A stretch of 63,938 bases of DNA, filler included, from an uncultured bacterium (GCA_964449065.1; 7 parts of 7 records of this genome joined end to end with filler, not necessarily neighbours in it); one strand, 5' to 3'. Positions 8,929 to 18,677 are shown, counted from the first letter of the whole stretch. Notes: a model not told the origin generated them from the letters alone. Numbers and translations are program-made.

Positions 8929-9492
8929 ATGACTGACCAACTCGCAACCAACGCGCATGCGGCAACGGCCGCACCAGCGATGCCCGATAGACCGCGCATC
9001 TACGTGGCCTGCCTTGCGGCCTACAATTCCGGCTTCCTGCATGGCCGATGGATCACCGCAACCACCGCTGACGAGATCAGGGACGAGGTGCGCGCCATGC
9101 TGGCGGCATCGCCCGAGCCCGACGCCGAGGAATGGGCAATCCACGATTATGAGGGCTTCGAGGGCGCGAGCCTGTCAGAGTATGCGAGCTTCGAGACGGT
9201 TTGCGAGCTTGCCGATTTCATTGAGGAGCATGGAGAACTTGGCGGCAAGGTATTGAGCCATTTCGGCGATGACCTTGGGCAGGCGCGCGCCGCCTTCGAG
9301 GACTATGCGGGCGAATATCAGAGCGCCGCAGACTTTGCCGAGAGCCTGCACGAGGACACCGGAACCGAGATTCCGGAGTCGCTGCGCTACTATATCGACT
9401 GGCAGGCGCTGGCCCGCGACATGGCGCTGAATGGCGAGATCATGGTGTTCCAGACGGGCTTCGATGAAGTCCATGTCTTCTGGTCACGATAG
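8929..9492 (+). CDS. ardA: Antirestriction protein ArdA
   Basis: RIYVACLAAYNSGFLHGRWI, EEWAIHDYEGF, YYIDWQALARD; very acidic; AAGGAG RBS. Confidence 0.93.
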   Translation: MTDQLATNAHAATAAPAMPDRPRIYVACLAAYNSGFLHGRWITATTADEIRDEVRAMLAASPEPDAEEWAIHDYEGFEGASLSEYASFETVCELADFIEEHGELGGKVLSHFGDDLGQARAAFEDYAGEYQSAADFAESLHEDTGTEIPESLRYYIDWQALARDMALNGEIMVFQTGFDEVHVFWSR

Positions 9493-9507
9493 GCGGAGGG
9501 CTTCGAC

Positions 9508-9720
9508 ATGACTCCCGAAACCACACGCTACCGCTTCACCGCCCTCGAACTGGAGCAGGCCGATGACTGGCAGGAAGGCTTCTGCCTTGCCTGCCGTGCG
9601 CCGCGCGGATGCTGCGAACCCGATGCGAGCGCCTATCGCTGCGACGAATGCGGCGAACATGCCGTCTATGGCCCGCACTGGATCGCCATTGCCGGACTCT
9701 TCAAGGAGGGCGCGCTATGA
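9508..9720 (+). CDS. Small Cys-rich (putative zinc-binding) hypothetical protein
   Basis: 70 aa with CLAC, CC and CDEC; GGAGG RBS; directly after ardA. Confidence 0.7.
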   Translation: MTPETTRYRFTALELEQADDWQEGFCLACRAPRGCCEPDASAYRCDECGEHAVYGPHWIAIAGLFKEGAL

Positions 9721-9824
9721 TGTTCACGGAACGCTTCCAGACCTTCGTTTGCGAGGGTGACAGCATCTCTTGCGAGGTCGCTGGCTTCGAGATCATCGCG
9801 CGGATTGTGCGCGATGATTGCCCT
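9717..9824 (+). CDS. Hypothetical protein, truncated by contig end
   Basis: ATG 9717 overlaps the previous stop; AAGGAGG RBS; open to the gap. Confidence 0.6.
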
Positions 9825-9924
9825 NNNNNNNNNNNNNNNNNNNNNNNNNNNNNNNNNNNNNNNNNNNNTTAATTAATTAANNNNNNNNNNNNNNNNNNNN
9901 NNNNNNNNNNNNNNNNNNNNNNNN
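9825..9924. other. Artificial contig linker
   Basis: 100 nt of N with central TTAATTAATTAA (stops in all six frames). Confidence 0.98.
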
Positions 9925-10089
9925 AACAAAAACCATTTTTCAAGCGATCGTCAATCATGGATTGCGTAACATCAGTTACTCAGAGAGAAACCATACCCTC
10001 ATGCTAAGTTTATTTTTTAAATGTGTTAGAATTATGTTATACTTTTATGAGATTCGGTTGTTCAACGTTTTTTGAAGAGAAAAGGGTAT

Positions 10090-10740
10090 ATGTTTACAGA
10101 AAAATTAACACCAATTGTCTTACGTTTTGTTGCGTATACGTTCTTTATCTTTACATTAACCGCCCTGCTTCCTTACATGTTTCAACATACGGGGATCTCA
10201 TTGTTTAAAGAAGGTGGAGTCATAGAATGGCTTCAGTTTAGTATGCTGGCGTGTACCAGCATCATTTTTCTTGCGGGAAGCACTGTACTGACCAGATATT
10301 CCCATTTTCTGATCAGTATTTCTGCTCTAGTTGCATTTGCCGCGGTTCGTGAATTGGATATGGTTTTGGATAACCTCCTTCCCTTTGTGGGATGGAAAAT
10401 CGGATTTCTTTTCATGGTATTTGCAATTGGGTTTGCTGTCATTAATCGAAAAATGGTTGTTCAGCAAGTTGCCGTTTTTATCTACTTGCGCGCGTTTGCG
10501 ATCTTTTGGGCAGGGTTTATTATGGCCGTACCGGTCTCTCAATTGATCGGTCACGGTGAATTTCTCCAACTAATGATGGGCGATGAGTATACACGCGATT
10601 ATAAACGGGTAATTGAAGAAAGCGGTGAATTTGTCGGGTATTTTTTAATCTTGGTAGCCAGCATCGAATCGCTTATCCAGTTGCATTGGGCGTATCACAA
10701 CCATGATGAACAGACCATTGGGCGATACAAAATAAGTTAG
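10090..10740 (+). CDS. Hypothetical multi-pass membrane protein
   Basis: About 6 hydrophobic segments; EGGVIEWLQ, RELD and EESGE motifs; start set at ATG 10090. Confidence 0.75.
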   Translation: MFTEKLTPIVLRFVAYTFFIFTLTALLPYMFQHTGISLFKEGGVIEWLQFSMLACTSIIFLAGSTVLTRYSHFLISISALVAFAAVRELDMVLDNLLPFVGWKIGFLFMVFAIGFAVINRKMVVQQVAVFIYLRAFAIFWAGFIMAVPVSQLIGHGEFLQLMMGDEYTRDYKRVIEESGEFVGYFLILVASIESLIQLHWAYHNHDEQTIGRYKIS

Positions 10741-10946
10741 TTATGGATGGATGCAGTCTTGTTGTGCCCCTCATTCGCGTGCAATCGCTGAGCAAGATAC
10801 GGTTTTGCCTATCGGTTACAGGTCATCTATTTGAAGCCGTTCCCCCAAGACCGGGCAGGGTTGGGGGCAAGGGTGTTATTTAGCATTATATACTGTTTTT
10901 TTTCTACAATACTCATTCTATATAGGATTGGTAAGAACGAAAACCG

Positions 10947-11058
10947 CTAGTACAGTGTCAACGTTTTATTGGCGGGTATCGATCCCCTCCTGCCCCCCTT
11001 AACAAGGGGGGGGGACAACGGATAACAAGCCGCCATTTTTTGATTGACAGAGTACTAG
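10947..11058. mobile_element. MITE-like element, family A (CTAG-flanked), copy 1
   Basis: CTAG-TACAGTGTCAA...TTGACAGAGTA-CTAG imperfect terminal inverted repeats; internal CCCCCCTT-AAC-AAGGGGGG hairpin; homologous to 13065-13174 and 31199-31309. Confidence 0.8.
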
Positions 11059-11165
11059 AGCAATTCAGGTTTGCGTAGATAGAAAGAGATCGTCAATGAT
11101 CCCCTACTCCCCTTAATAAGGGGGGAAAACAACGACAGATTCTGTCTATCCAACTCTGAAATGCT
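11059..11165. mobile_element. MITE-like element, family B, abutting family A copy 1
   Basis: Ends AGCAATTCAG / CTGAAATGCT (one mismatch); same internal CCCCTT-AAT-AAGGGG hairpin. Confidence 0.55.
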
Positions 11166-11316
11166 TTAAGCCTTTCCTTTGCTGGGCTTACGCCGCGCTA
11201 ACCACACATTATAAAATTGAAGGAGTATTTTTTTAAAAATCGCTCTTCGTGATTTTCCTTAAATTCCCGGGAACAAACCGGATCCGAAAAAAAAGATGAA
11301 TGATCGTTCGAGTGTT

Positions 11317-13023
11317 TTAGCGGAGGATGACGGCTTCTTTAAGTTTTTTGAGGCCGTAAACGGTGGGGATCAGGATGGAGCAGGTTTGGATAAAGAGGAA
11401 GAGGGTTAAAAAAATCATGAGGCCGCGGTCTTGGTTCAGCGCCAGGAGTTCGGAAAGCGAGGTGCCGGGTGTGTACATCAGCGCAACAGAACTAAGGAAA
11501 CTAAGGCTGATACCCAGATAAAGCATGGTGAGAATCATTGCGACCAGAGTGCCGGTGTCGGATGATACATCGGCAATATTCGTCGCCTCAAATTTGCTGA
11601 ACAGCGCCCCCAACCCCAAAGACCAACTGGTGAATCCAAACGAGAACAAAAACAGCACGGTCAGGCTGATGATGTACATATTGAAATCGACATCCACAAT
11701 CATATTCAGCACCGTCCCCAGTCCCAGGCCGATGCAGAGCAGGCAGAAGGTGTGAAGGTAGTATTTGGTGAAAAAGATACGCTCGATACCGCGTTCCGCG
11801 GAGGCGACCACCCAAAAGGCTTTGCCTTCCAGACTGATGGAAGGATAGGTGTACCGCAGCGAGAGTGTCGCTTGGATGAAGGCCAATAAGATGACATTAA
11901 AGCAGGCCAAAAGAGTCTTCATACGTGAAGCGGTATCGCCGCTCATGACGGTTTGAGTTTGAAAGATATAAAAAATCGTGAGGGCCAAAATCAATACCAA
12001 CTGTCCCCATTGTGAGAAATCGCGGACGAATAAAACGAATTCTTTGTACACGAACGCGCCGATCCGGCTGGGTAAGAGACGTATAAGCAAAAAGTGTTTG
12101 GGTTTGTATTTGCGGTGTCCCCGCAGAAGATGTTTTGTGCCGACGTGTTCTTGAGTCCACAACCAGGCATCCGCGTACCAGCGTTCGCCGAGTTCGAGGG
12201 AAGCACTCCACAACACAAGCCAAGTGGAAATGAGAAGGGATAAGAACAAGCCAACGCGCCACCAGTCTTGGATTTGGGCGGCATTCATCAGTTCCGACAT
12301 CCAATGGCTTGGCAGGTAGGGGAGTGTGGAAAGCCGCATGTTGGCGAGAGTTTCGCCGATTTTGGCGGCGGTAACGCCGGCAGAAAACACATTGCTGGCG
12401 ATGGCGAGATAAACAAACATACCGATAAACAATCCCAAAAAGAGAACCATGCTGACAGCGGACCGCAGCGGGCGGCTGATAATCCACCGGGCGGCAACCA
12501 GCATTAACAGAATCCCTAAGCAGCCGGCGATCCCAAAGAATCCGGTCAATCCCAACAGTACAACGGGATAGAAAAGTATGTTGGCGTTCAGTTCCATGCC
12601 GTACGCAAACAGCAACGGCAAGCAAAACATGGCCAAGACCCAGCCGCCGTGCACCAGGGTTTCGATGCATTGGATGCGGAAAATACGGTGAAGAGAATAG
12701 GGGGAACTAAAGAGGTTGGGCAGTTCCTGCGCTTTGAAGAGGGAAGAATAAGCGCTTAAGACGTGACTGCCCGCCACAATAATAAAGAGGGCAAAGAGAC
12801 CGAACGCGATCAACCGGTTCATGATAATAGGGCCGATGATTTCGATGGTATAAACCTGTTCGATCAAGCGCTGAACGAGAAAGAAGCACAAACCCCAAAA
12901 GATGCCGATCAACAGAAAAAACATGAAGGCTTTCAGAAAGGAATCGAGATTGAGATGCTCCAAACGGCGGAGAATCTGAAGGTATTTGACTCGAAGTAAA
13001 CTTTTATCTTGTTGCGTCCACAT
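11317..13023 (-). CDS. Putative ABC exporter permease subunit
   Basis: Multi-pass membrane protein with LPYLPSHW, VYKEFVLFVRD and YPSISLEGKAFW motifs; start moved to ATG 13023 because the track extension runs into a MITE. Confidence 0.75.
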   Translation of the reverse strand: MWTQQDKSLLRVKYLQILRRLEHLNLDSFLKAFMFFLLIGIFWGLCFFLVQRLIEQVYTIEIIGPIIMNRLIAFGLFALFIIVAGSHVLSAYSSLFKAQELPNLFSSPYSLHRIFRIQCIETLVHGGWVLAMFCLPLLFAYGMELNANILFYPVVLLGLTGFFGIAGCLGILLMLVAARWIISRPLRSAVSMVLFLGLFIGMFVYLAIASNVFSAGVTAAKIGETLANMRLSTLPYLPSHWMSELMNAAQIQDWWRVGLFLSLLISTWLVLWSASLELGERWYADAWLWTQEHVGTKHLLRGHRKYKPKHFLLIRLLPSRIGAFVYKEFVLFVRDFSQWGQLVLILALTIFYIFQTQTVMSGDTASRMKTLLACFNVILLAFIQATLSLRYTYPSISLEGKAFWVVASAERGIERIFFTKYYLHTFCLLCIGLGLGTVLNMIVDVDFNMYIISLTVLFLFSFGFTSWSLGLGALFSKFEATNIADVSSDTGTLVAMILTMLYLGISLSFLSSVALMYTPGTSLSELLALNQDRGLMIFLTLFLFIQTCSILIPTVYGLKKLKEAVILR

Positions 13024-13064
13024 GAACGGTTTCGGTTTTCGTTTGGGATTAATCGGTACCGTTA

Positions 13065-13174
13065 CTAGTACAGTGTCAACGATTAAATGACGGGTATCGG
13101 TCCCCCCTACCCCCCTTATCAAGGGGGGCAACAACGGATAACCATCCGTCATTTTTTGATTGACAGACTACTAG
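13065..13174. mobile_element. MITE-like element, family A, copy 2
   Basis: CTAGTACAGTGTCAA...TTGACAGACTACTAG with internal hairpin. Confidence 0.8.
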
Positions 13175-13185
13175 AGTGGTACCGG

Positions 13186-13920
13186 TTACAGTTCGCCGAT
13201 AAACTCTTCTTCTTTTTCTTCCGCCCAATAGAGAAAGCGCGAACAGCCTTCACAATGGACGATATCTTGCCCGCGTTTGGCCAGCTGCATGATGCGCGGG
13301 GTCAGTTGAATGTTGCATACGCTGCAATGACCGGTATTGGCGGACGCGATTGCGATGCCGTTTTTGGCTCCGAAGATGGTACGGAATTTGGAAACCAGTT
13401 CCGGCGGCACGTTTTGGGTGATTTCATCAACGGCGCGTTTGGCTTTGTTCATCCGCGGGGTTAATGTTTCTTCTTCTTTGCCCAATCGGGTGAGTTCATC
13501 TTGATACGATTCTTCTTTCTCTTCAAGAACCTGTTTGCATTCTTCAATCGTTTTTTGGTCTTTTTCTATCTGCTCCATCAATTCGAGGAGGCGTTCTTCC
13601 ACGCGCTGGTTGCGTTTATCCAAGTTGGCGATCTCGCTGGTTGTGGCTTGATATTCTTTTTCGCTTTTGATGGTCTGCAGTTGGGATTCTTTACGGACCC
13701 GCTGTTCCTGCCCTTTTTTTAAGTCTAAATCCGCATTGCTTCGTTCAATTTCGTTTTCTTTCAAGCGGGCCTCTGCTTCTTCGATGTTGCGGTGTAATTT
13801 TTGCAGTTCTTCGTTGATTTCGCCGCGCCGCTTGGGAATTTCGTTGTATTCTTGTTCAATTTCTCTTTGTTCACCGAGAACATCTTGCAAATTAATGATG
13901 GCGGATAATCTAGGATCCAT
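13186..13920 (-). CDS. Coiled-coil protein with C-terminal C4 zinc ribbon (CT398/HP0958-like)
   Basis: Long E/K/Q-rich coiled coil followed by CSVC...CEGCSRFLY. Confidence 0.88.
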   Translation of the reverse strand: MDPRLSAIINLQDVLGEQREIEQEYNEIPKRRGEINEELQKLHRNIEEAEARLKENEIERSNADLDLKKGQEQRVRKESQLQTIKSEKEYQATTSEIANLDKRNQRVEERLLELMEQIEKDQKTIEECKQVLEEKEESYQDELTRLGKEEETLTPRMNKAKRAVDEITQNVPPELVSKFRTIFGAKNGIAIASANTGHCSVCNIQLTPRIMQLAKRGQDIVHCEGCSRFLYWAEEKEEEFIGEL

Positions 13921-14001
13921 TCACACTAACCTCGTTAATAATGTATTCTTCTATCAAATCCTCTATATAAAAATTCTATACAAAAAAAATCGTCCGAAAT
14001 C

Positions 14002-14175
14002 TTATTCCGGACGTGGATATTTTTCGTCAATCGCATCGGTAATCTCTTGGATAAACTTACCGATGGTGATTGCATCGGGTGGACGCATATCCGGCCCGTT
14101 AAACGCGCTGATGTAAGATGATGTGATCATCGCGACCATTTCCAATCTGCGTTCATCAGTGAGCTTTTCCGCCAT
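14002..14175 (-). CDS. Small hypothetical protein (57 aa), weakly resembling the MucR/Ros N-terminal domain
   Basis: GGAGG RBS before ATG 14175; LEMVAMITSSYIS...IGKFIQEITDAI. Confidence 0.6.
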   Translation of the reverse strand: MAEKLTDERRLEMVAMITSSYISAFNGPDMRPPDAITIGKFIQEITDAIDEKYPRPE

Positions 14176-14314
14176 GATGAAGTCCTCCATTTCATTGATC
14201 GTATAATTAAGCCACCAAACTTATTAGAATACGTACCGCAGAGCAAACACGCAAGGGTTTTGTGCCTATCCTTATTGGATTTTTCTGTTTGAAACCTGTT
14301 GAACGCTGGATATT

Positions 14315-16618
14315 TTGCTAAAATCCCGCCATGATATGGATATGAAACCGATCCGTCATCCGCATAGACTTCCATTGCTTTTATTGGTGCTGCCCATCCT
14401 GTTTTTTTATTCCGCGATATTGTTGGGTATGGGTGTGGTTAGCGGCGGTGATTTTCTCAATCAATTTGTGCCGTGGCGGCAGTTTGCGTTGCAGCGGATA
14501 TCGGACGGGGCTTTTCCCGGTTGGAACCCGTTTGTGTTTTGCGGCACGCCGTTATTCGCGAATATCCAGAATGCACTGTATTACCCCTTTAATCTACTCC
14601 ATACAATGTTTCCTCTCGAACGGGTATTTTCGTTTTCGCTTGTGGTTCATCATGTGTTGGCGGCAGTGGGGATGTATTGGTTTATTTATTCTCTCTACCG
14701 CTCCTCCTCCGCGGCGGTAATGGGGGCGTTGGTGTACGCGTGGTCGGGGTTTTTGATCACCCACGCGCATGACGGGCATTTTATTCATGTACGGGCGTAT
14801 GCCTGGATTCCCTTTGTGTTGTGGGCGCAGAACGGATTGAAACACGCTTTCAATTGGAAACCGGCATTGGGGATGGCCGCGTCATTGGCGGGGATGTTTT
14901 ATGGCGGGCATACGCAGATTCCGTTGTATATATTTTATTTAGTGATGTTCCGGTCGCTTTGGTGGGGATGGCTGCGGTTTCGGGAATCGCAGCCGGTGAA
15001 GATGGTTCTGTTGCCGGTGGTCAATACGCTTTTGGTTTTGCTTGTTTCGATACTGATATCCCTACCGGTATTGCTGCCTCTATATCAACTCTCGAAACAT
15101 ACGGCGGGGCGTGCCGGGGGGGCGGAGTATTCATTTGCCGTAAGTGATTCGATGCCGCCGGGGCACATTGTTACGTTGGCTGCACCATTCTTTTATGGCG
15201 ATCCGACCGCGAAAGAGCGCGAGGCGCAGTTTTGGGAAACGCGAACGGGGTTTCATGAAATCTGCGGGTATACGGGGATTATCCCTATCGTTTTGTTTTT
15301 ATTTTCATGGAAGCGTCTTTCCGATAAGAACGGCCAAGATAATTTTGCGCAAACCGAAACCCGTTTTTTTGGGGTGCTGGCCTGTTTTGGGCTTCTATTC
15401 GCCATGGGCGGGTACAACCCCCTTTATCCTTTGCTTTATTACGGTTTGCCGGGGTGGAGTTTCTTTCGCGTCCCGGGGCGGCTGCTGCTATTGTGGATCA
15501 TCGGCATCAGCGTTTGCAGTGCCGCGGGGTGGCAGTTGTGGTGCAGCCAATCGTTCCCGGTCTTTCGGGAAAAATACGCGTTCAAAACGGCCGTAGTCTT
15601 TTCCATACTGATAATCGTGATGACGGGAGTGCTCTATCTATCCCAAGACTCGGTTATGCGGGCATTGCGTGCGTTTGAGGTGAACCGGACGTTGGAGGTT
15701 TATAACCTGCCGGAATCCAGCCGCTTGAATGTGAGTATCGGTTTGCCGGAAGTATTGTTTGAAACCCGGATGGCGTGGATGATGCGTTCGAGTTTGGTTG
15801 CCTCCGCTTTGATTCTGGCGGGGTGGGGATGTTTGTGTGCTGCCGCGCGCTGGAAGGCTTCCTTCAATTGGCTGCCGTTGGCGTTGGTAATTCTTTTCGA
15901 TCTGCTTTTCTTTGCTCACCGGTTTGTGGAAACCAGGCCGCGGGATGAGTGGCATGAGACGTTTTTTCCGCGGACGGAGTTGGTTGAATTTCTGCAAGAC
16001 CATTCGAAGGGGTACCGGATTTTATGTTTGGATGACGCGATCGGGCACCCTGGATTGGAACATCACCCGGAACTGCGGCCGAACCGGTTGATGTATTACG
16101 GCATCGAAACCGCGCGGGGTTATGATCCGCTTATTTTGCAGCGTTACGCGCGGTGGGTGAACCGGATGTACGGCAAGCCTGATGACGCGCCGCAAGGCGG
16201 GCTGCTGTTCTTCCCGCAGATTCATCCCAGGCAAATTCCGCAGTTGAACGTGATGAACGTCAAGCATGTTGTCACCACTCAAGCTTTGCCGGAGCCGTTT
16301 GCTTTGGTATGGAGTGATGAAACATCCGGCATGAAGGTATATGAAAATCCAGAGTGCTTGGAACGGGTGTTTTTAACGGAAGCGGTGGAAGGGGATTCGG
16401 TTGAAATCATTTCGCAATCGGCGGGAATGATGGAAGTGAATGTGAATAGCGTTACGGATAATATATTGGTGTATTCTCAGGTACTGTATCCGGGATGGCG
16501 GGTTGAGGTTGATGGAGTTGAACAAGAGGTGAAACCGTATTTGGATACGTTTGTTTCGGTGGAAGTGCCCGCGGGAGAGCATACAGTTCGGTTTGTCTTC
16601 ACTCCGCGGTTTTTCTGA
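14315..16618 (+). CDS. YfhO-family membrane protein (GT-C-like)
   Basis: N-terminal D..QFVPW...PGWNPFVFCGTP, many TM segments, FFRVPGR, C-terminal YPGWRVEVDG...VPAGEHTV. True start is probably a few codons downstream. Confidence 0.85.
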   Translation: MLKSRHDMDMKPIRHPHRLPLLLLVLPILFFYSAILLGMGVVSGGDFLNQFVPWRQFALQRISDGAFPGWNPFVFCGTPLFANIQNALYYPFNLLHTMFPLERVFSFSLVVHHVLAAVGMYWFIYSLYRSSSAAVMGALVYAWSGFLITHAHDGHFIHVRAYAWIPFVLWAQNGLKHAFNWKPALGMAASLAGMFYGGHTQIPLYIFYLVMFRSLWWGWLRFRESQPVKMVLLPVVNTLLVLLVSILISLPVLLPLYQLSKHTAGRAGGAEYSFAVSDSMPPGHIVTLAAPFFYGDPTAKEREAQFWETRTGFHEICGYTGIIPIVLFLFSWKRLSDKNGQDNFAQTETRFFGVLACFGLLFAMGGYNPLYPLLYYGLPGWSFFRVPGRLLLLWIIGISVCSAAGWQLWCSQSFPVFREKYAFKTAVVFSILIIVMTGVLYLSQDSVMRALRAFEVNRTLEVYNLPESSRLNVSIGLPEVLFETRMAWMMRSSLVASALILAGWGCLCAAARWKASFNWLPLALVILFDLLFFAHRFVETRPRDEWHETFFPRTELVEFLQDHSKGYRILCLDDAIGHPGLEHHPELRPNRLMYYGIETARGYDPLILQRYARWVNRMYGKPDDAPQGGLLFFPQIHPRQIPQLNVMNVKHVVTTQALPEPFALVWSDETSGMKVYENPECLERVFLTEAVEGDSVEIISQSAGMMEVNVNSVTDNILVYSQVLYPGWRVEVDGVEQEVKPYLDTFVSVEVPAGEHTVRFVFTPRFF

Positions 16619-16702
16619 TAAACTATGGATTGGATGAATAACAGAGATGATGCGTATTGGGTACGATATGCCCGTTGTCCTGATCATTCGCGGCATCTAT
16701 CG

Positions 16703-16782
16703 CCCTCGCCCTGTGGGAGAGGGACGGGGTGAGGGTTTACGGAGACAATTGCCTCTAAGATTGCTATTGCGTCATAGGGAGC
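16703..16782. repeat. ~80-bp REP-like intergenic repeat
   Basis: Starts with the CCCTCGCCCTGTGGGAGAGGG hairpin; an inverted homologous copy lies at 19812-19890. Confidence 0.7.
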
Positions 16783-16818
16783 CTCACCCTCCCAATCATA
16801 CTAAAAAATAGTAATTGT

Positions 16819-17160
16819 GTGAATCGAATGTCATTATCCCGTTTGTTTCAAATTGCCCGTCAATATTCACCGCATAAGGTGATCAAATTTATTTATCACC
16901 TGCCCAGCATGCTTATATTGTGCTGGCGGCTGATGAACGATAAGCGGGTGCCGTATTATCTTAAATTGTTGTGCTGGGGCTCGATCCTGTATTTTTTTAT
17001 GCCCTTTGATTTGCTGCGGGATTTCGGCAGCCTGTATTTGGGGCGGGTGGATGATATTCTGATTTTGTATTTCGCGTTTTCAAACTTAGTGAAGAACGCG
17101 CCGCCGGAAGTGGTGGAAGAACATGTGCAGCAACTGCGCGGAAAGAAGCCGAAGGAATGA
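16819..17160 (+). CDS. YkvA/DUF1232-family membrane protein
   Basis: DKRVP..LK...YFFMPFDLLRDF...GRVDD motif. Confidence 0.8.
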   Translation: MNRMSLSRLFQIARQYSPHKVIKFIYHLPSMLILCWRLMNDKRVPYYLKLLCWGSILYFFMPFDLLRDFGSLYLGRVDDILILYFAFSNLVKNAPPEVVEEHVQQLRGKKPKE

Positions 17161-18014
17161 GTGCGTTTGAGAAGATCGCTTGCCATCTTGCAGCCTGGCC
17201 GGACGACCGGTGGGAACAAGCGCTGGATGAAAGCGCGGAGATTGGTTATTGCGGGGTGGAGTGCGGTGCAGAGTGTTATACAACACTGTGCGAGCGGACG
17301 GAAGAACTGCAAGAGCGGTTTAAAGAACACAGCCTGCAACTCTCAGCCATTGAATACCAAGCGGATGTGATTTATCCCGACCGCAAGAATTTGATTGTGA
17401 AGAACGCTGTGCCCTATTTGGAGTTTTTAAAGCGGTTGAAATCCAACCTGGTGATTATCCATACCGGGCAGCGTGAGGTTTTGCAGGAGAAGAAGTTGGA
17501 CTTTAAAATCGCGGCGGAAACACTGAACGAACTAGGCAGCGTGTGTTTGGATCATGACTGCTTTTTGTGTGTGATGACGCGGCAAGACAGCCGCATTGCG
17601 GATGAAGAAGACATCGACCGGCTGATGAATCTAGTGGATTTATCCGCTGTGTTTTTAGGCATTGATACCGCCCACCTGCAAGCAGCGGGGCAAAATTCGG
17701 AACACATCATCAATACCTACGGCGAATGTTTGAAGCATGTGCGCTTGCAGGATATCTATCCGGAAGGCGAAGAGCCGGAAGAAGGCGAACGCTTTTGCGC
17801 TTTGGGCGAAGGAGGAATCAACTTTCGTCCGGTGATAAAGGCATTGGATCAATTCAGGTATGACGGCTGGTTGACGGTTGCGCTGGACTCGCAGGTGGAG
17901 GAACCGGCGGAGCAAATGGAAACATCATGGAATACTCTACAGAAATGGATTGAGCAAAAAGATGAGCCAGAGCCCGAAGACCCCTTTGCGTACGGTGGTC
18001 TTAGTTTCCGGTAG
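17157..18014 (+). CDS. Sugar phosphate isomerase/epimerase (xylose isomerase-like TIM barrel)
   Basis: GYCGVE, IDTAHL, HVRLQD, LGEGGINF, YDGWLTV. Confidence 0.8.
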   Translation: MSAFEKIACHLAAWPDDRWEQALDESAEIGYCGVECGAECYTTLCERTEELQERFKEHSLQLSAIEYQADVIYPDRKNLIVKNAVPYLEFLKRLKSNLVIIHTGQREVLQEKKLDFKIAAETLNELGSVCLDHDCFLCVMTRQDSRIADEEDIDRLMNLVDLSAVFLGIDTAHLQAAGQNSEHIINTYGECLKHVRLQDIYPEGEEPEEGERFCALGEGGINFRPVIKALDQFRYDGWLTVALDSQVEEPAEQMETSWNTLQKWIEQKDEPEPEDPFAYGGLSFR

Positions 18015-18564
18015 CGGGAGCACGCTGCAGAACTTTATCGATTTGCAGGAACGCGGCGAACTGCCGATTGAGATTGTGTATGTCATCAGCAGCCGCAAGG
18101 ATGCCTACGGCATCACCCGCGCGCTGAACCACGGCATCCCCACCGCTGCCATCTGCCGCAAGGATTTTGCCAACTGGGAAGAGTTTAACGAGTCGGTATC
18201 CCGGACGATTGACAACATCAACCCGGATTTGATTTTGCTGGCGGGGTATATGTCGCTGATTCGGCTTGACCCGAAATACAAAAGAAAAATCATGAACGTG
18301 CACCCCGCGCTGCTGCCCAAATACGGCGGCAAGGGGATGTATGGGCATCACGTGCATGAAGCGGTCATCAAAAACGGGGAAACCAAAACCGGCGCCACCG
18401 TGCATTTTGTGGATGAGGAATACGACACCGGGCCTATCATTTTGCAAAAAGACATTGAAGTGCGCGATAACGATACCCCCGAAACCCTTGCCCAGCGCGT
18501 GCAGGCGCTGGAGCGCGAGATTTATCCGGAAGCGGTGCGGTTGTTTGCCGAGGGGAAGGTATAA
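17962..18564 (+). CDS. purN: Phosphoribosylglycinamide formyltransferase
   Basis: VLVSGSGSTLQ, LAGYM, MNVHPALLPKYGG, GATVHFVDEEYDTGPII; start ATG 17962. Confidence 0.95.
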   Translation: MSQSPKTPLRTVVLVSGSGSTLQNFIDLQERGELPIEIVYVISSRKDAYGITRALNHGIPTAAICRKDFANWEEFNESVSRTIDNINPDLILLAGYMSLIRLDPKYKRKIMNVHPALLPKYGGKGMYGHHVHEAVIKNGETKTGATVHFVDEEYDTGPIILQKDIEVRDNDTPETLAQRVQALEREIYPEAVRLFAEGKV

Positions 18565-18677
18565 TCAAAATCGCAGCCATGCGAAATACATAGAGTCGAT
18601 TTTATCCAGAAAATCTTTTCACTCGATTGACTCCCGCATTTATGATAGAATTCACAAAAATATAAAAGAGATTGCTT

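Noticed and set aside
9825..9924. TTAATTAATTAA recurring about every 9.7 kb as a biological repeat
   Set aside because: Always centred in an identical 100-nt N run; an assembly/concatenation linker.
13024..13152. N-terminal extension MTDGYPLLPPLIRGVGG of the ABC permease, and similar ORFs at 13087..13464, 31343..31525 and 31398..31658
   Set aside because: These are translations of the family A MITE, not protein sequence.
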